A program made the position numbers and the translations under genes. From positions 1 through 64,000 of IMG/VR virus record IMGVR_UViG_3300013426_000019: a DNA stretch of 64,000 nt; one strand, 5' to 3'. This stretch comes from a virus. Lineage: Duplodnaviria > Caudoviricetes. The notes under the pieces were generated by a model. The model was not told the origin of the DNA, ran no database searches, and saw only the letters and a list, made by a program, of their open reading frames with translations. Below, piece by piece: positions 10,504 through 19,861 of the stretch (position 1 is the stretch's first letter; the number at the start of each line of letters is the position of its first letter).

Positions 10504-10992
10504 ATGGAAAAGAATGACTTCACTCAGCGAACAGCTCTGATAAACGATATACAAAAGCAGATAGGAAAGGAAAAAATAGAAATTGAAAGACAAAGAGATA
10601 TGGCTACATCTTTGGTTAATGATGTGATTAACTTGACATCTAAAAGGGATGTCCTGTACTCTAAATATCTAAACTTCATCAATGAATTATCCTTTGATGT
10701 ACCTACTGTATCATCTGATCTGTTCCCTGGTATTAAACCTACTCTAAATAATGTAGACTTAAACGACTTGCAGAAAAAAGCTGATACTATGAAACAGTAT
10801 GCTCAGGATATTGGCTCCCTTAATCATAGATACGACTTTGCGAAGTCCTCTTGTGTTAAGACCCTTAAATCCCTATTGTCTACTGTGCTTAATGTAATAA
10901 GTCAAGAAGATCAGATACAGGATCTTAGTACAACTTTGTTGTATGACTTAGACAGTCCTTATGATATTGGTCAATTAGCTAAAAATAGTTAA
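10504..10992 (+). CDS. Hypothetical coiled-coil protein
   Basis: ORF preceded by the ACTAATTAA motif. Confidence 0.6.
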   Translation: MEKNDFTQRTALINDIQKQIGKEKIEIERQRDMATSLVNDVINLTSKRDVLYSKYLNFINELSFDVPTVSSDLFPGIKPTLNNVDLNDLQKKADTMKQYAQDIGSLNHRYDFAKSSCVKTLKSLLSTVLNVISQEDQIQDLSTTLLYDLDSPYDIGQLAKNS

Positions 10993-10999
10993 AGTAAGA

Positions 11000-11019
11000 A
11001 GCTACCCGGAAAGGTAGCT
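11000..11019. terminator. Terminator hairpin
   Basis: AGCTACC-CGGAAA-GGTAGCT between convergent genes. Confidence 0.6.
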
Positions 11020-11975
11020 TATATTATTGTGTGCCTGAATTGCTCCAAATAATGGGCACCATAGGTATCCGCAATGTATTGTAAGTATTGACTATAATCT
11101 GTCACTATTATGACCTTATTATATAACATGCAATTATACTTATCTTGCCACGATAACTTAGTATAAGGATCTAGGGGTTTACCTTCGTCATTAAAGAACA
11201 TAGGGCCCTTAATCTCTACTAACTCACCCTCTACTCTGAAATCAGGATAATAGTAATGTATCTTGCCTAAACCATCTACGTACTCTAACTTCTCAGTATG
11301 ATAAGTGAAGTCTATATTGTGATCCTTAAGCCAGATGTAATATGCCAACTCGGGCTTAGAATCAAACTTAATACCCCTATAGTAGTATCGCTGTGACTTC
11401 TTGACTTGAAACTCTCGGACTTGGGAAGGATTACTTACACCATATCTCTTAAGCATAGTTCGATGAGTCTTATCTATCATCTCCTTGCCCTTAAGAGCTC
11501 TTATATCCCTGTTGATCTTCTTAACCTTCTCAGTTTGGAATGGTATCTTAGCCCCATAGTTCTTAAGACAAGTCTTCTCCTTCTTCTCTTGTACCCACTT
11601 AAGCTGAGAAGGATTGTTCACACCATACTTCTCTAAACACTTACGTCTCTTAAACTCATTCTGACACTCAACACTACAACAAGTATCTCTGTAATATCTA
11701 CCACCATTAGTCTCGAACTTACAATTACTACCGCATATTGGGCATCTGGGAGGCTCGCTTAAATTACTAGCAACACAATATAGGAACTCCTGAATAGTTG
11801 GGAAGGTATTCGAGTACTCCTTAAGATCAGGGTACTTCTTAAATGTGTCCTCTAATAATGTACCCCAGATATGTGGTCTTAATACAACTTTATATGGATT
11901 GCTTGCTTTTGGGTGGTGTGTGAATACTCTACCATCTACTAGGATATCCATAATCTCTTTAAGAGTTCTTTGCAT
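11019..11975 (-). CDS. Free-standing homing endonuclease (Zn finger, KYGVxNxSQ repeats, PD-(D/E)xK domain)
   Basis: CPICG, KYGVNNPSQ repeats, FDSKPE...YYPDF...VEIKG. Confidence 0.75.
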   Translation of the reverse strand: MQRTLKEIMDILVDGRVFTHHPKASNPYKVVLRPHIWGTLLEDTFKKYPDLKEYSNTFPTIQEFLYCVASNLSEPPRCPICGSNCKFETNGGRYYRDTCCSVECQNEFKRRKCLEKYGVNNPSQLKWVQEKKEKTCLKNYGAKIPFQTEKVKKINRDIRALKGKEMIDKTHRTMLKRYGVSNPSQVREFQVKKSQRYYYRGIKFDSKPELAYYIWLKDHNIDFTYHTEKLEYVDGLGKIHYYYPDFRVEGELVEIKGPMFFNDEGKPLDPYTKLSWQDKYNCMLYNKVIIVTDYSQYLQYIADTYGAHYLEQFRHTII

Positions 11976-12933
11976 CTCTATCCTTTAAATATTGAGCTAT
12001 CTTGTCTTTTAAAGGATCCTCTTCTCCTTTATTCTCCCAATATACTCTTCTCTCTACAAAATATCTGTCTTCTAATTCATTAGATAACTCTACATTAAAT
12101 GGATCAGGATCTTCATACTTGCAAGTCTTCCACTCTACCCCGAAGTTCTTAGGGTCTCTTCCTCCTTTGTAATAGTCACCCTTATTTAAATCAGAGACTT
12201 CGCAATCTATAACTAATGGCACCCAGTTGTTCTGCAATTCAGGAATAATTCTCTCGAATAAATGCTTAGCATGTGAGAGGACAGGTTTGATCTCGTCCTT
12301 CGCAATAAAATAGTCTACGCTATCATGAATCTCTCCCCACGTCCACGATTTATAACCCTTCTCTCTCATCCACGTTTGCATCTCATATTGTGCTCGACCT
12401 CTTATACAAGCTTCCATGTTCTGAGCTGCATGATTTGCACTAATGTTCTCTAAGTTCCTGAGCATGCCGGAGCTAACCTGATTGTCGTATTCTCCTCTCA
12501 AAAAGAGTTCTATTAAGTTACGTACTTTGCCAAATTCGGTCCTTACATAACCATTATTAGCTGCTACTTCCTTCTCCCTAACTATCCTGCCCCACAGACC
12601 TGGATAACCTTTAAAAAAGTTCTCCCTCAAAGACATACAAACTGCTATATTTTTGAGTTTGGCTTCACACTCTCCTTTATAAGACTTTCTGGCTTGCTCT
12701 AAAAATCTCTCCGCATGATTGGTCTCTATGTACTCATCGCATTGATCTTCATCCCAGAATGATTCAAGTGCGTTATCTGATAGAATCTTTGCTGAACCCC
12801 CAAAGATTAGCAAAAAATTTTCAGACTTCGCTAGCTGACGCATCTCTGAATAAGGCTGAATAGTCTTTTGTTTTCTAAACTCTTCTTCTGTTATCTCTCT
12901 ATATTCTGTTGTCTTTGTAATCTTGCAGCTCAT
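11959..12933 (-). CDS. polA: DNA polymerase family A, fragment 3 (motifs B and C)
   Basis: RQLAKSENF (motif B), GYVRTEFGKVR, NHAAQN, EIHDS (motif C); has its own TTATATTATATA promoter. Confidence 0.88.
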   Translation of the reverse strand: MSCKITKTTEYREITEEEFRKQKTIQPYSEMRQLAKSENFLLIFGGSAKILSDNALESFWDEDQCDEYIETNHAERFLEQARKSYKGECEAKLKNIAVCMSLRENFFKGYPGLWGRIVREKEVAANNGYVRTEFGKVRNLIELFLRGEYDNQVSSGMLRNLENISANHAAQNMEACIRGRAQYEMQTWMREKGYKSWTWGEIHDSVDYFIAKDEIKPVLSHAKHLFERIIPELQNNWVPLVIDCEVSDLNKGDYYKGGRDPKNFGVEWKTCKYEDPDPFNVELSNELEDRYFVERRVYWENKGEEDPLKDKIAQYLKDRDAKNS

Positions 12934-12971
12934 GTATATAATATAAAAAATATTAATGAGAATCTACCTCT

Positions 12972-13007
12972 GTGAACAACCTTTAGCTAAAGCAGAAGAG
13001 TTTCTTG
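12972..13007 (-). mobile_element. 36-bp IS200/IS605 left-end/right-end hybrid mini-element
   Basis: Minus strand reads TTGAG|CAAGAAACTCTTCTGCTTTAGCTAAAGGTTGTTCAC. The 5' half matches the IS left end and the 3' half matches the right end. Confidence 0.8.
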
Positions 13008-13092
13008 CTCAAATCTTTTTAAAAATAGCCACCTTTTGGATGGCTATTAATTTTTAATTTTGAAAATAAAGGATTTTTCACCGTCTTGAGAA

Positions 13093-13566
13093 TTATCTTA
13101 CGAAGTCCTCAATCTTTTTCCAAATAATACCGTAGTTAGAGTCGCCATCTGGTTCGGAGTTTATTACAATATTATATGCTTCTTTTGCGGCTTCTTCTGG
13201 TGTTGGGTAGTCCTCTTTATCTAATTCAAGGCCTTCAGTAATATCATCTTCAAGATACCAATAATCGTCTCCATCATCAACTTGAGATTTTAATTCTTTA
13301 ATCCAGCTAGCAATGGCTTTTTCAGGTGATTTTACTTTAGAGAAAAAGCAGTCTTCATCGTTCCACCAAAACATTACGTAAGTTCCAATAGGAGCTGTTA
13401 TTCGAGCTCTGCATTCATATCCAGATATGTCTGACCTTTCTGTAGAAAATATAGGATCTTCATAATCCTCGTGATCAAACCCAGCATAGACTGTCATCTT
13501 AGATGAACTGGCTTCTCTAAGAGATTCTCTACTTCTTAGCAGATTGTGTTCTTTCCATCTTTTCAT
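13093..13566 (-). CDS. Acidic hypothetical protein, possible internal head protein
   Basis: ACTAATTAA motif upstream (13603-13611); N-terminal SLREA; terminator hairpin at 13024-13047. Confidence 0.6.
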   Translation of the reverse strand: MKRWKEHNLLRSRESLREASSSKMTVYAGFDHEDYEDPIFSTERSDISGYECRARITAPIGTYVMFWWNDEDCFFSKVKSPEKAIASWIKELKSQVDDGDDYWYLEDDITEGLELDKEDYPTPEEAAKEAYNIVINSEPDGDSNYGIIWKKIEDFVR

Positions 13567-13771
13567 ACACTATTATTTCCTTTTATAAAGAATTTCTTTT
13601 GATTAATTAGTATTGTTTTTTTTTTGATTGATCCCCGAAAATTAGCTATATTTCTCTATATGACCATTTAGAAAAAGATTCTTCAAAATTCTTAGGATAA
13701 TCTTCATAATCCTCTTTTAAAAAGGTTTTAACTTCAGATAATTCTTCACTCATAATTAATTCTTTCCACTA

Positions 13772-14020
13772 CTAAGACCTTAACAATAGAGAGTAGGACC
13801 ACCCATAAGGATCTGTTGGATAATGTGTTCCCTTAGGATTAGCATTAGGAATAACTTCTGGTTGAGGATAGCTTTTTACTGCTTCAATTTGCTTTATTCC
13901 TGCGTAGTTTGAATTTATCATTAAGATAATTTCTTCCAATTGAGAAAAAGTCAACTTAGATAAATCTTCATCTTTTCCAATAATAATCTTTATTACTTTA
14001 AGCGCTTCTGTGGGCGTCAT
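13772..14020 (-). CDS. Small hypothetical (early) protein
   Basis: AGGAG RBS; in the operon downstream of a sigma70 promoter. Confidence 0.6.
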   Translation of the reverse strand: MTPTEALKVIKIIIGKDEDLSKLTFSQLEEIILMINSNYAGIKQIEAVKSYPQPEVIPNANPKGTHYPTDPYGWSYSLLLRS

Positions 14021-14051
14021 TTTGATTCTCCTTGTACTGGGTTTTTATGAA

Positions 14052-14078
14052 CTTCAGTCTTAGCTGAAGGTGGTTCAC
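14052..14078 (+). mobile_element. Orphan IS605-like right-end hairpin
   Basis: CTTCAG-TCTTAG-CTGAAG followed by GTGGTTCAC, similar to the other right ends. Confidence 0.5.
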
Positions 14079-14267
14079 TCAAAATAATTCTCGGAGTTCC
14101 TGGAGAAGCTCCGTAGAATCATCTATTGAATGTATAGCTTCTAGAATATCTTGTCTTAATCCTCTATAATTTTTCTTATCGAACATATCTTTGCTGACAT
14201 TAAAAAGAATATTTGAGGCTTCAGTCATGTGGGAAATTGCTACATTGAGTTGTTCCTTATAATTCAT
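14079..14267 (-). CDS. Small hypothetical (early) protein
   Basis: GAGGAG RBS and a consensus promoter upstream. Confidence 0.65.
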   Translation of the reverse strand: MNYKEQLNVAISHMTEASNILFNVSKDMFDKKNYRGLRQDILEAIHSIDDSTELLQELRELF

Positions 14268-14292
14268 AAAAATTTTCTCCTCTTATAATTAT

Positions 14293-14321
14293 ATTATAAT
14301 ATAAGGGAAAAATTATGTCAA
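14293..14321 (-). promoter_or_regulatory. Consensus sigma70 promoter
   Basis: TTGACA-N17-TATAAT on the minus strand. Confidence 0.85.
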
Positions 14322-14484
14322 TAGATCTTCCGAAAAAGAATTTCCTCAGCACTTTAAAAAGATTTGAGCGAGAAATCCTTCTGCTTCAGCTAAGGGATGA
14401 ATCGCTCTGAATAGCCCCTCCCCTAATATAAAGGTTACTTAAATATTTTTATAACCTTTTGAGGAAGTTCCACTAAATACATAG

Positions 14485-14922
14485 ATGACAAAAGATCAAA
14501 AGAAATTAGGCTTAGATAGTAATTGCAATGCAGTTTTCTCTTTAAATTATCACATAATTATCTGTGTTAAATATCGAAAAAAAGCTTTTGAGAGTGAAGA
14601 GATCTCTGAAAGGTGCAAAGACCTAATAAGAGAATCCTCAAAGGAAATGAAAGTGGATATTTTAGGCATAGATTGTGGAAGCGATCACATCCATATCTTG
14701 TGTAGAACAAAACCCACTCTCGATATTCCTAAATATATGAATCTTATTAAGGGATACTCTTCAAGAGTTCTTAGAAAAGAGTTTCCTGAATTAAAGAAGA
14801 TTCTCTGGGGTGATGCGTTTTGGTCTCCTAGTTACTATATTGCAAGCGCAGGTAATGTAAGCTTAGATACTTTAAAGAAATACGTTGAGTCCCAAAGAGA
14901 AAAAGAGGAAATAGAAGAGTGA
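14485..14922 (+). CDS. tnpA: IS200-type Y1 HUH transposase
   Basis: YHIIICVKYR, DHIHIL (HUH), KGYSSR, FWSPSYY, YVESQ. Confidence 0.95.
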   Translation: MTKDQKKLGLDSNCNAVFSLNYHIIICVKYRKKAFESEEISERCKDLIRESSKEMKVDILGIDCGSDHIHILCRTKPTLDIPKYMNLIKGYSSRVLRKEFPELKKILWGDAFWSPSYYIASAGNVSLDTLKKYVESQREKEEIEE

Positions 14923-16127
14923 GTTTTTACACCTACAAGTTTAGAGCATATCCTACTCCCGAACAAGCTCAGAAAATTAATCAGACAATAGGTTGTGCTA
15001 GAAAAGTGTATAATCTCTTGCTTGATGACTGTCAGAAGCAGTATAAGGAGAGTGGAAAATTTTCTGTAATGAATGTAGGTGAATTAAAGAAAAAAGAAGA
15101 TCTACAATATCTCAAAGAAGTAGATTCATTAGCGCTATGTAATTCCTATATGCATCTTAAAACAGCTTATACTTCTTTTTTCAGAAATATTAAAAAAGGA
15201 AAAGTTACTCCTCCTAAATTTAAAACTAAAAGAGATTCAAAACAATCTTATTGTACTAATAATATTAACAATTCAATTAGAATTGAACATGAAGGCCTAA
15301 GACTCCCAAAACTCGGGCCCGTAAAATGTAAATTTCACAGATTTGTAGAAGGAACTATAAAATCTGTAACAGTTAAAAGAACAAAAACAGGAAAATATTT
15401 CGTCTCTATTCTAGCGGATAGAGAAGATAAAATAATAGAAAGAGAATGTGATACCAACTATGAAAATAGCGTTCTCGGAATAGATATGAGTATTCCGAAT
15501 TTTGCAGTATACAGTGATAATACGAAACCCAAGATTATGCATTATCTAAGAAATTCGGAAGAAAAGCTAGCTCGGGCGCAGAAAGATCTTAATAGGAAGC
15601 AAAAAGACTCTAAAAACTGGGAAAAGCAAAGATTAAAAGTAGCTCGAATCTACGAAAAAATAGCTAATCAGAGAAAGAATTTCATTGAAACAGAATCAGC
15701 TAGAATTGCTAAAGAGTTCGAAGCAGTAGTAGTTGAAGACATAGATCTTAGAGCAATGTCTAAATGTTTACATTTTGGAAAATCTATCTCTGATAATGGA
15801 TTTGGTTATTTCAGAGCCAGACTAGAATCTAAATTAAAAGCTCAACTCAAGGACTTTGTTAAAGCTGACAGATGGTATCCTTCTTCTAAGGCCTGCCATG
15901 TGTGTGGTCACGTGAATAAAGATCTTAAACTCTCTGATAGGGAGTGGGATTGTCCTTCATGTGGAACTCATCTTGACAGGGATTTTAACGCTACTATTAA
16001 TTTAAAAAATTATTATATTCGTATGCAACGTACGAATCTTGTGGAGACAGGCACTGTGGATGACAAGCTTAACAGCCCTAAAAAGCATCCTGCCGATGAA
16101 GCAAGAAAAATTGTGAGCAGGGGGTAA
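14919..16127 (+). CDS. tnpB: RNA-guided endonuclease TnpB
   Basis: HTH start YKFRAYPT; RuvC GID / VED / DRDFNA; Zn finger CHVC...CPSC. Confidence 0.95.
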   Translation: MSFYTYKFRAYPTPEQAQKINQTIGCARKVYNLLLDDCQKQYKESGKFSVMNVGELKKKEDLQYLKEVDSLALCNSYMHLKTAYTSFFRNIKKGKVTPPKFKTKRDSKQSYCTNNINNSIRIEHEGLRLPKLGPVKCKFHRFVEGTIKSVTVKRTKTGKYFVSILADREDKIIERECDTNYENSVLGIDMSIPNFAVYSDNTKPKIMHYLRNSEEKLARAQKDLNRKQKDSKNWEKQRLKVARIYEKIANQRKNFIETESARIAKEFEAVVVEDIDLRAMSKCLHFGKSISDNGFGYFRARLESKLKAQLKDFVKADRWYPSSKACHVCGHVNKDLKLSDREWDCPSCGTHLDRDFNATINLKNYYIRMQRTNLVETGTVDDKLNSPKKHPADEARKIVSRG

Positions 16128-16180
16128 AATCCTAAATCACAAGCCTTTTGCTTTAGCTAAAGGTAGTTGACAAAATAAGC

Positions 16181-17458
16181 TCACTTAAAATACTCATCAC
16201 TTAGAGTGTCCTCTTCCGCTAATTCCTCTGCCAGGATAGATCCTCTGTTCTTAGTAAATATAACCTCTCCACCTAAGAAATCTACTGCTTTTCCATCTTG
16301 TTCTACATGAACATTTGTCACATTAAATTTTCTTCCTTTAGCTAAAGTAGCCCAACCTGTGGCTGAGTGAATATCTGCGTTTGGTCTTCTAAGTACCTCT
16401 CTAAGATAATCTTCTTGACGAGAATCGATAGATGCCAATCTCAACTGCAAACTACTATAATCTATAGTTACCATATAATACTCATCATTATTGGGAGTAA
16501 TAATACACTTCTTAACTTTAGTAGCCCAGTCAGAATGAGAAGGTACCTGCTGCATATTAGGATTTGTGCATTTTGATCTTCCTGAATCTGCAAACATAGG
16601 TCTATAATTAGGGTGCATTCTCCACGAATTATCTTCAGGGTGATAGACTAAACACTTAGACCATCCTTTATCTCCCTCCTCGTCATTATCGCCTAAAAAC
16701 TCTGCGATTACTGAATTAGAAGTTTTATCCCCAATAAAAGTATTTAAGAGGGTTTGTACAGATTTCATTTCCGTTATAATCTTAGCTTCTTTATGATCTT
16801 TTTTCCAACGAGTTAATTGAAAATCTCCTACTAGATAATCTCCTGCTTTTGATCTTCCTAAATCTTCCCAACCTTTACTCTCTAATAATTTACCTAATTT
16901 AGGATTAGAAGTCCATTCAAAATCTTCAGACACCCCAAAACTTTCAGCCAACTGTTTTCTCAGATCTTTTAGGTAATTATGCATCTCATCTCTTAAAGCG
17001 TCGATAGCATTCTTGTCTACGTAAACTCCTTTGTATTCTATTCTAGCGTACATATTCTCGGCAGGAATACGTCGTTCATAATAATAATCTACAATTCCCT
17101 TGGAAGATAATTCATTCGGATATTTTTTATCTAATTCCTTTGCACAATTCATTAGATTTGTATATATCCTTCTTGTTACTATAGCATCCATTACGGCATA
17201 GTCCCAAAGTATTTCTTCAGGAATATCATCAATATAACTAATGTTTTTACCCTTACCTAATTTAGCTTTGATGTTGTCTAAAGGTCTTTCATATCCACCA
17301 TATTCACTGTATAGATAAGCTAAAGCTTTAAGAGAATTAGATCGAGTCTCGTCAATGCTGTGTCCCAATGCGATGATGTCTTCATCGATTTTCGCTTCAG
17401 GAATCCCCTCATCCCAGATATCTTTTGTATCTTCAACTCTCTCTATTATTTTTATCAT
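16181..17458 (-). CDS. polA: DNA polymerase family A, fragment 2 (ExoIII, thumb, motif A)
   Basis: SLKALA, YAVMDA (ExoIII), GVYVD, SGRSKCTNPNMQQVP, DYSSLQLR (motif A), DIHSAT; has its own promoter and GGAGG RBS. Confidence 0.9.
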   Translation of the reverse strand: MIKIIERVEDTKDIWDEGIPEAKIDEDIIALGHSIDETRSNSLKALAYLYSEYGGYERPLDNIKAKLGKGKNISYIDDIPEEILWDYAVMDAIVTRRIYTNLMNCAKELDKKYPNELSSKGIVDYYYERRIPAENMYARIEYKGVYVDKNAIDALRDEMHNYLKDLRKQLAESFGVSEDFEWTSNPKLGKLLESKGWEDLGRSKAGDYLVGDFQLTRWKKDHKEAKIITEMKSVQTLLNTFIGDKTSNSVIAEFLGDNDEEGDKGWSKCLVYHPEDNSWRMHPNYRPMFADSGRSKCTNPNMQQVPSHSDWATKVKKCIITPNNDEYYMVTIDYSSLQLRLASIDSRQEDYLREVLRRPNADIHSATGWATLAKGRKFNVTNVHVEQDGKAVDFLGGEVIFTKNRGSILAEELAEEDTLSDEYFK

Positions 17459-17496
17459 TTAAAGACCTCCCATATATGCAATATATATAATATAAT

Positions 17497-18660
17497 TTAA
17501 TTTCTTTTCGTGATAAGGAGGTCGGGATGATTTATGTGAAAAGATTTCTCCAATTCTTTGAAATAGGAAATATCACTTAAGACTTTCACTTTATTGGCTT
17601 CCATACATTTTGTCTTTTCTTTTAATTGCTCTTCTGCTTTTAGTAATTTTTCTTGAGATAACCCGGAAGTGAACAAAACCCTTAGGTTACCCTCTTCATC
17701 TAATAAAGCAGGATTTTTTATTTCAATTAGCTCCCCTGTATCAAGCCTTTTAAAGTCACAAAAGTAAGTATGCGAATCCTCTTTCACTTTATAATTGAGC
17801 TTAACTTGTTCTTCAAAAGGAATATTATTATCTTTTAAATAATAAAAATAGTAAATTTCCCATTTACTGTCAAATTTTTTACCTTCAACAGTCCAACAAT
17901 AGGATCTTTTTCTACTATAATCGTCAGTTTTTGAATACCAATCCACCCCATATTTCTCAGTGCATGTTGTCTTTATTTTCTCTAATACCTCTGGTGCTTT
18001 ACCGTAAGTTACGCCATAGTGGTTAAAAAAAGAATCTTTCTTTTTTTGTTTTATTTCTTCAAGCTGAGAAATATTATCCACTCCATATTTTTCTTTTGTG
18101 GTTGCTTTTCTTTTTTTCTGAATATTAATTAAAAAATTAGGATCTTCTTCAAGATGCTCGGCTCTTCTTTTTCTAATTTTCTCTCCATAATTTATATTCT
18201 TAAGAGTCTCATTTCTTTTTGAGTAAATTTTTTCATTTAATTTTTTATAAGCTTCGGAATCTTTTGGATAATTTTTATTGAAAGTATCTCTTCCTTTCTT
18301 TTTGATTTCTTCAAGTTGTTTTGCATGAGCAACGCCATATCTTTTTAAACAAGTTTCTTCGTTTTTTCTTGGGTTATTATAGTTTGCATCGCCATATTTT
18401 TTGAGCTTCGTTTGTTTGCATTTTGCAACAATCCTCCTAACAACTTCAGGATTTTTTGCAGCACAGTATTTACTTCTATCTTTTTTTAGATTAAAAGTTT
18501 TCATTACATATCTAATCCCCCCGTAGTTTATTGAGAATTTTTCTCCAAATTGCTCCGCTGTCATAAAAGAATTTAAATATTCTTCTTCCAAAGCCTCTTT
18601 TATTTTTAAACAAAGATTTTCATCTTTTTTAAGATTACTTAATGTGATTGATTTTTCCAT
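17497..18660 (-). CDS. Free-standing homing endonuclease between polA fragments 1 and 2
   Basis: KYGV repeats; FDSKWE...YFCDF...IEIK. Confidence 0.75.
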   Translation of the reverse strand: MEKSITLSNLKKDENLCLKIKEALEEEYLNSFMTAEQFGEKFSINYGGIRYVMKTFNLKKDRSKYCAAKNPEVVRRIVAKCKQTKLKKYGDANYNNPRKNEETCLKRYGVAHAKQLEEIKKKGRDTFNKNYPKDSEAYKKLNEKIYSKRNETLKNINYGEKIRKRRAEHLEEDPNFLINIQKKRKATTKEKYGVDNISQLEEIKQKKKDSFFNHYGVTYGKAPEVLEKIKTTCTEKYGVDWYSKTDDYSRKRSYCWTVEGKKFDSKWEIYYFYYLKDNNIPFEEQVKLNYKVKEDSHTYFCDFKRLDTGELIEIKNPALLDEEGNLRVLFTSGLSQEKLLKAEEQLKEKTKCMEANKVKVLSDISYFKELEKSFHINHPDLLITKRN

Positions 18661-18711
18661 ATATAATTAATATATATTAACACATTAGAGCAAATCCAAA
18701 ATTTGACCCAC

Positions 18712-19812
18712 TTATATTTTATAGGGGACTAACTGGTTCCAATTTTTTATAGTGTCAGTATCTTCTAATTTCCAAGCCTCTTTTGATATAGACATACCTG
18801 ATGCTTCAATCTTTTCATTTTCTACTTCTACAAGAGTATGATTCGGTATTTTATATCGCACACCTTCAGAATCTTCTAGTATTATATGGCCTTCTGCGCC
18901 CTTTTGCTTTAATGTGGGCCTCCAAAGATATTTAACGTCGAATTTTCCATTAGCAAGGACCTGCCTACTATTTTTTAAGATTTCCCTTAATTTTAATTTA
19001 TTATCATTTTCTTCTACAATCTTCCAAGGAATATAGAATCCCTCAGTACCATTATAACTTAATGTAATACAACCAATTCGATCTTTGAGGAAACTGAGAC
19101 CCGAGGTTTCCAAGTCCCACGCAAGGAGTTCTCCTCTCTTATCCTTGTTAGGTTCATAAAACTCTTTAATAAATTGTTCGCTTGTTTCTATTTTATGTTT
19201 TATTAATTTAGGATAACGAGGAATAGGCTTAGCCCCATTTTGAACTAAGCTACTAATCTTTATTTGTGCTAACTTTGTTTTATAGGAATCCACAGGATCT
19301 TTAAATCCTCTGGCAAAGATATCCCTGAAGCTATCTATGGGATAAATCCAGTGTCCTTTTTCTGTCGTCAAATCTTCCGAAAACCAAAAACTTGACTTAC
19401 CAAAAAATAATTGCTGGGTGTAAGCGGGGTAGATATCATCTTCAAGTATTAAAGAGTATAAAGCAGCTCCTACTGTAATAATAGGGGAGTACTTTGGTAT
19501 GTAATCGTAAAACTTAGATCTGTTATTCTTATAAAACTTAATCTTACCTTCTGCTTTAACTACCTTATCGTCGACTTTACAATTAATAGCAGATATTATT
19601 TTATATTTTCTTAAACCCAACCTAATCAAGAAAGTTTCTATGGCTTTTAAGGCAAAGTCTTCGTACATTTCATCTGTTAAAATAACAGGGACAAAATCAT
19701 ACTTAGTTGGAACGTCACTCTTATCCACTAATAATGGATTGTCATAAAGTTTTAAATCTAAGATCTGTTTCTTTGAAGATACTTTTATATTACCAAAACT
19801 AAAACCACTCAT
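18712..19812 (-). CDS. polA: DNA polymerase family A, fragment 1 (UDG-like N-domain, ExoI/ExoII)
   Basis: AWDLETSGL (ExoI), ANGKFDVKYL (ExoII); N-terminal AINC...IITVGAAL resembles a UDG-fold domain. Confidence 0.85.
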   Translation of the reverse strand: MSGFSFGNIKVSSKKQILDLKLYDNPLLVDKSDVPTKYDFVPVILTDEMYEDFALKAIETFLIRLGLRKYKIISAINCKVDDKVVKAEGKIKFYKNNRSKFYDYIPKYSPIITVGAALYSLILEDDIYPAYTQQLFFGKSSFWFSEDLTTEKGHWIYPIDSFRDIFARGFKDPVDSYKTKLAQIKISSLVQNGAKPIPRYPKLIKHKIETSEQFIKEFYEPNKDKRGELLAWDLETSGLSFLKDRIGCITLSYNGTEGFYIPWKIVEENDNKLKLREILKNSRQVLANGKFDVKYLWRPTLKQKGAEGHIILEDSEGVRYKIPNHTLVEVENEKIEASGMSISKEAWKLEDTDTIKNWNQLVPYKI

Positions 19813-19861
19813 TAAAAATAGGCTCCTCTTATATATAATATAATGTAGAGCCTTATGTTTT

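Larger units (their letters stand above)
14369..16171 (+). mobile_element. IS200/IS605-family element (tnpA + tnpB)
   Basis: TTGAG target, left-end hairpin CCTTCTGCTTCAGCTAAGGG, right-end hairpin CCTTTTGCTTTAGCTAAAGG ending in TTGAC. Confidence 0.9.

Noticed and set aside
17459-18711. Group I intron interrupting polA
   Set aside because: Only about 40-50 nt of AT-rich non-coding DNA flank the endonuclease, with no recognisable P7/core, and the downstream fragment has its own promoter and RBS.
16181-18921. Canonical splicing split inteins in polA
   Set aside because: There is no Cys/Ser/Ala block A at the junctions and no His-Asn followed by Ser/Cys/Thr in the downstream fragments.
11959-19812. 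polA as a pseudogene broken by the IS insertion
   Set aside because: The exonuclease and polymerase motifs are intact, each fragment has expression signals, and the IS lies outside the coding sequence.
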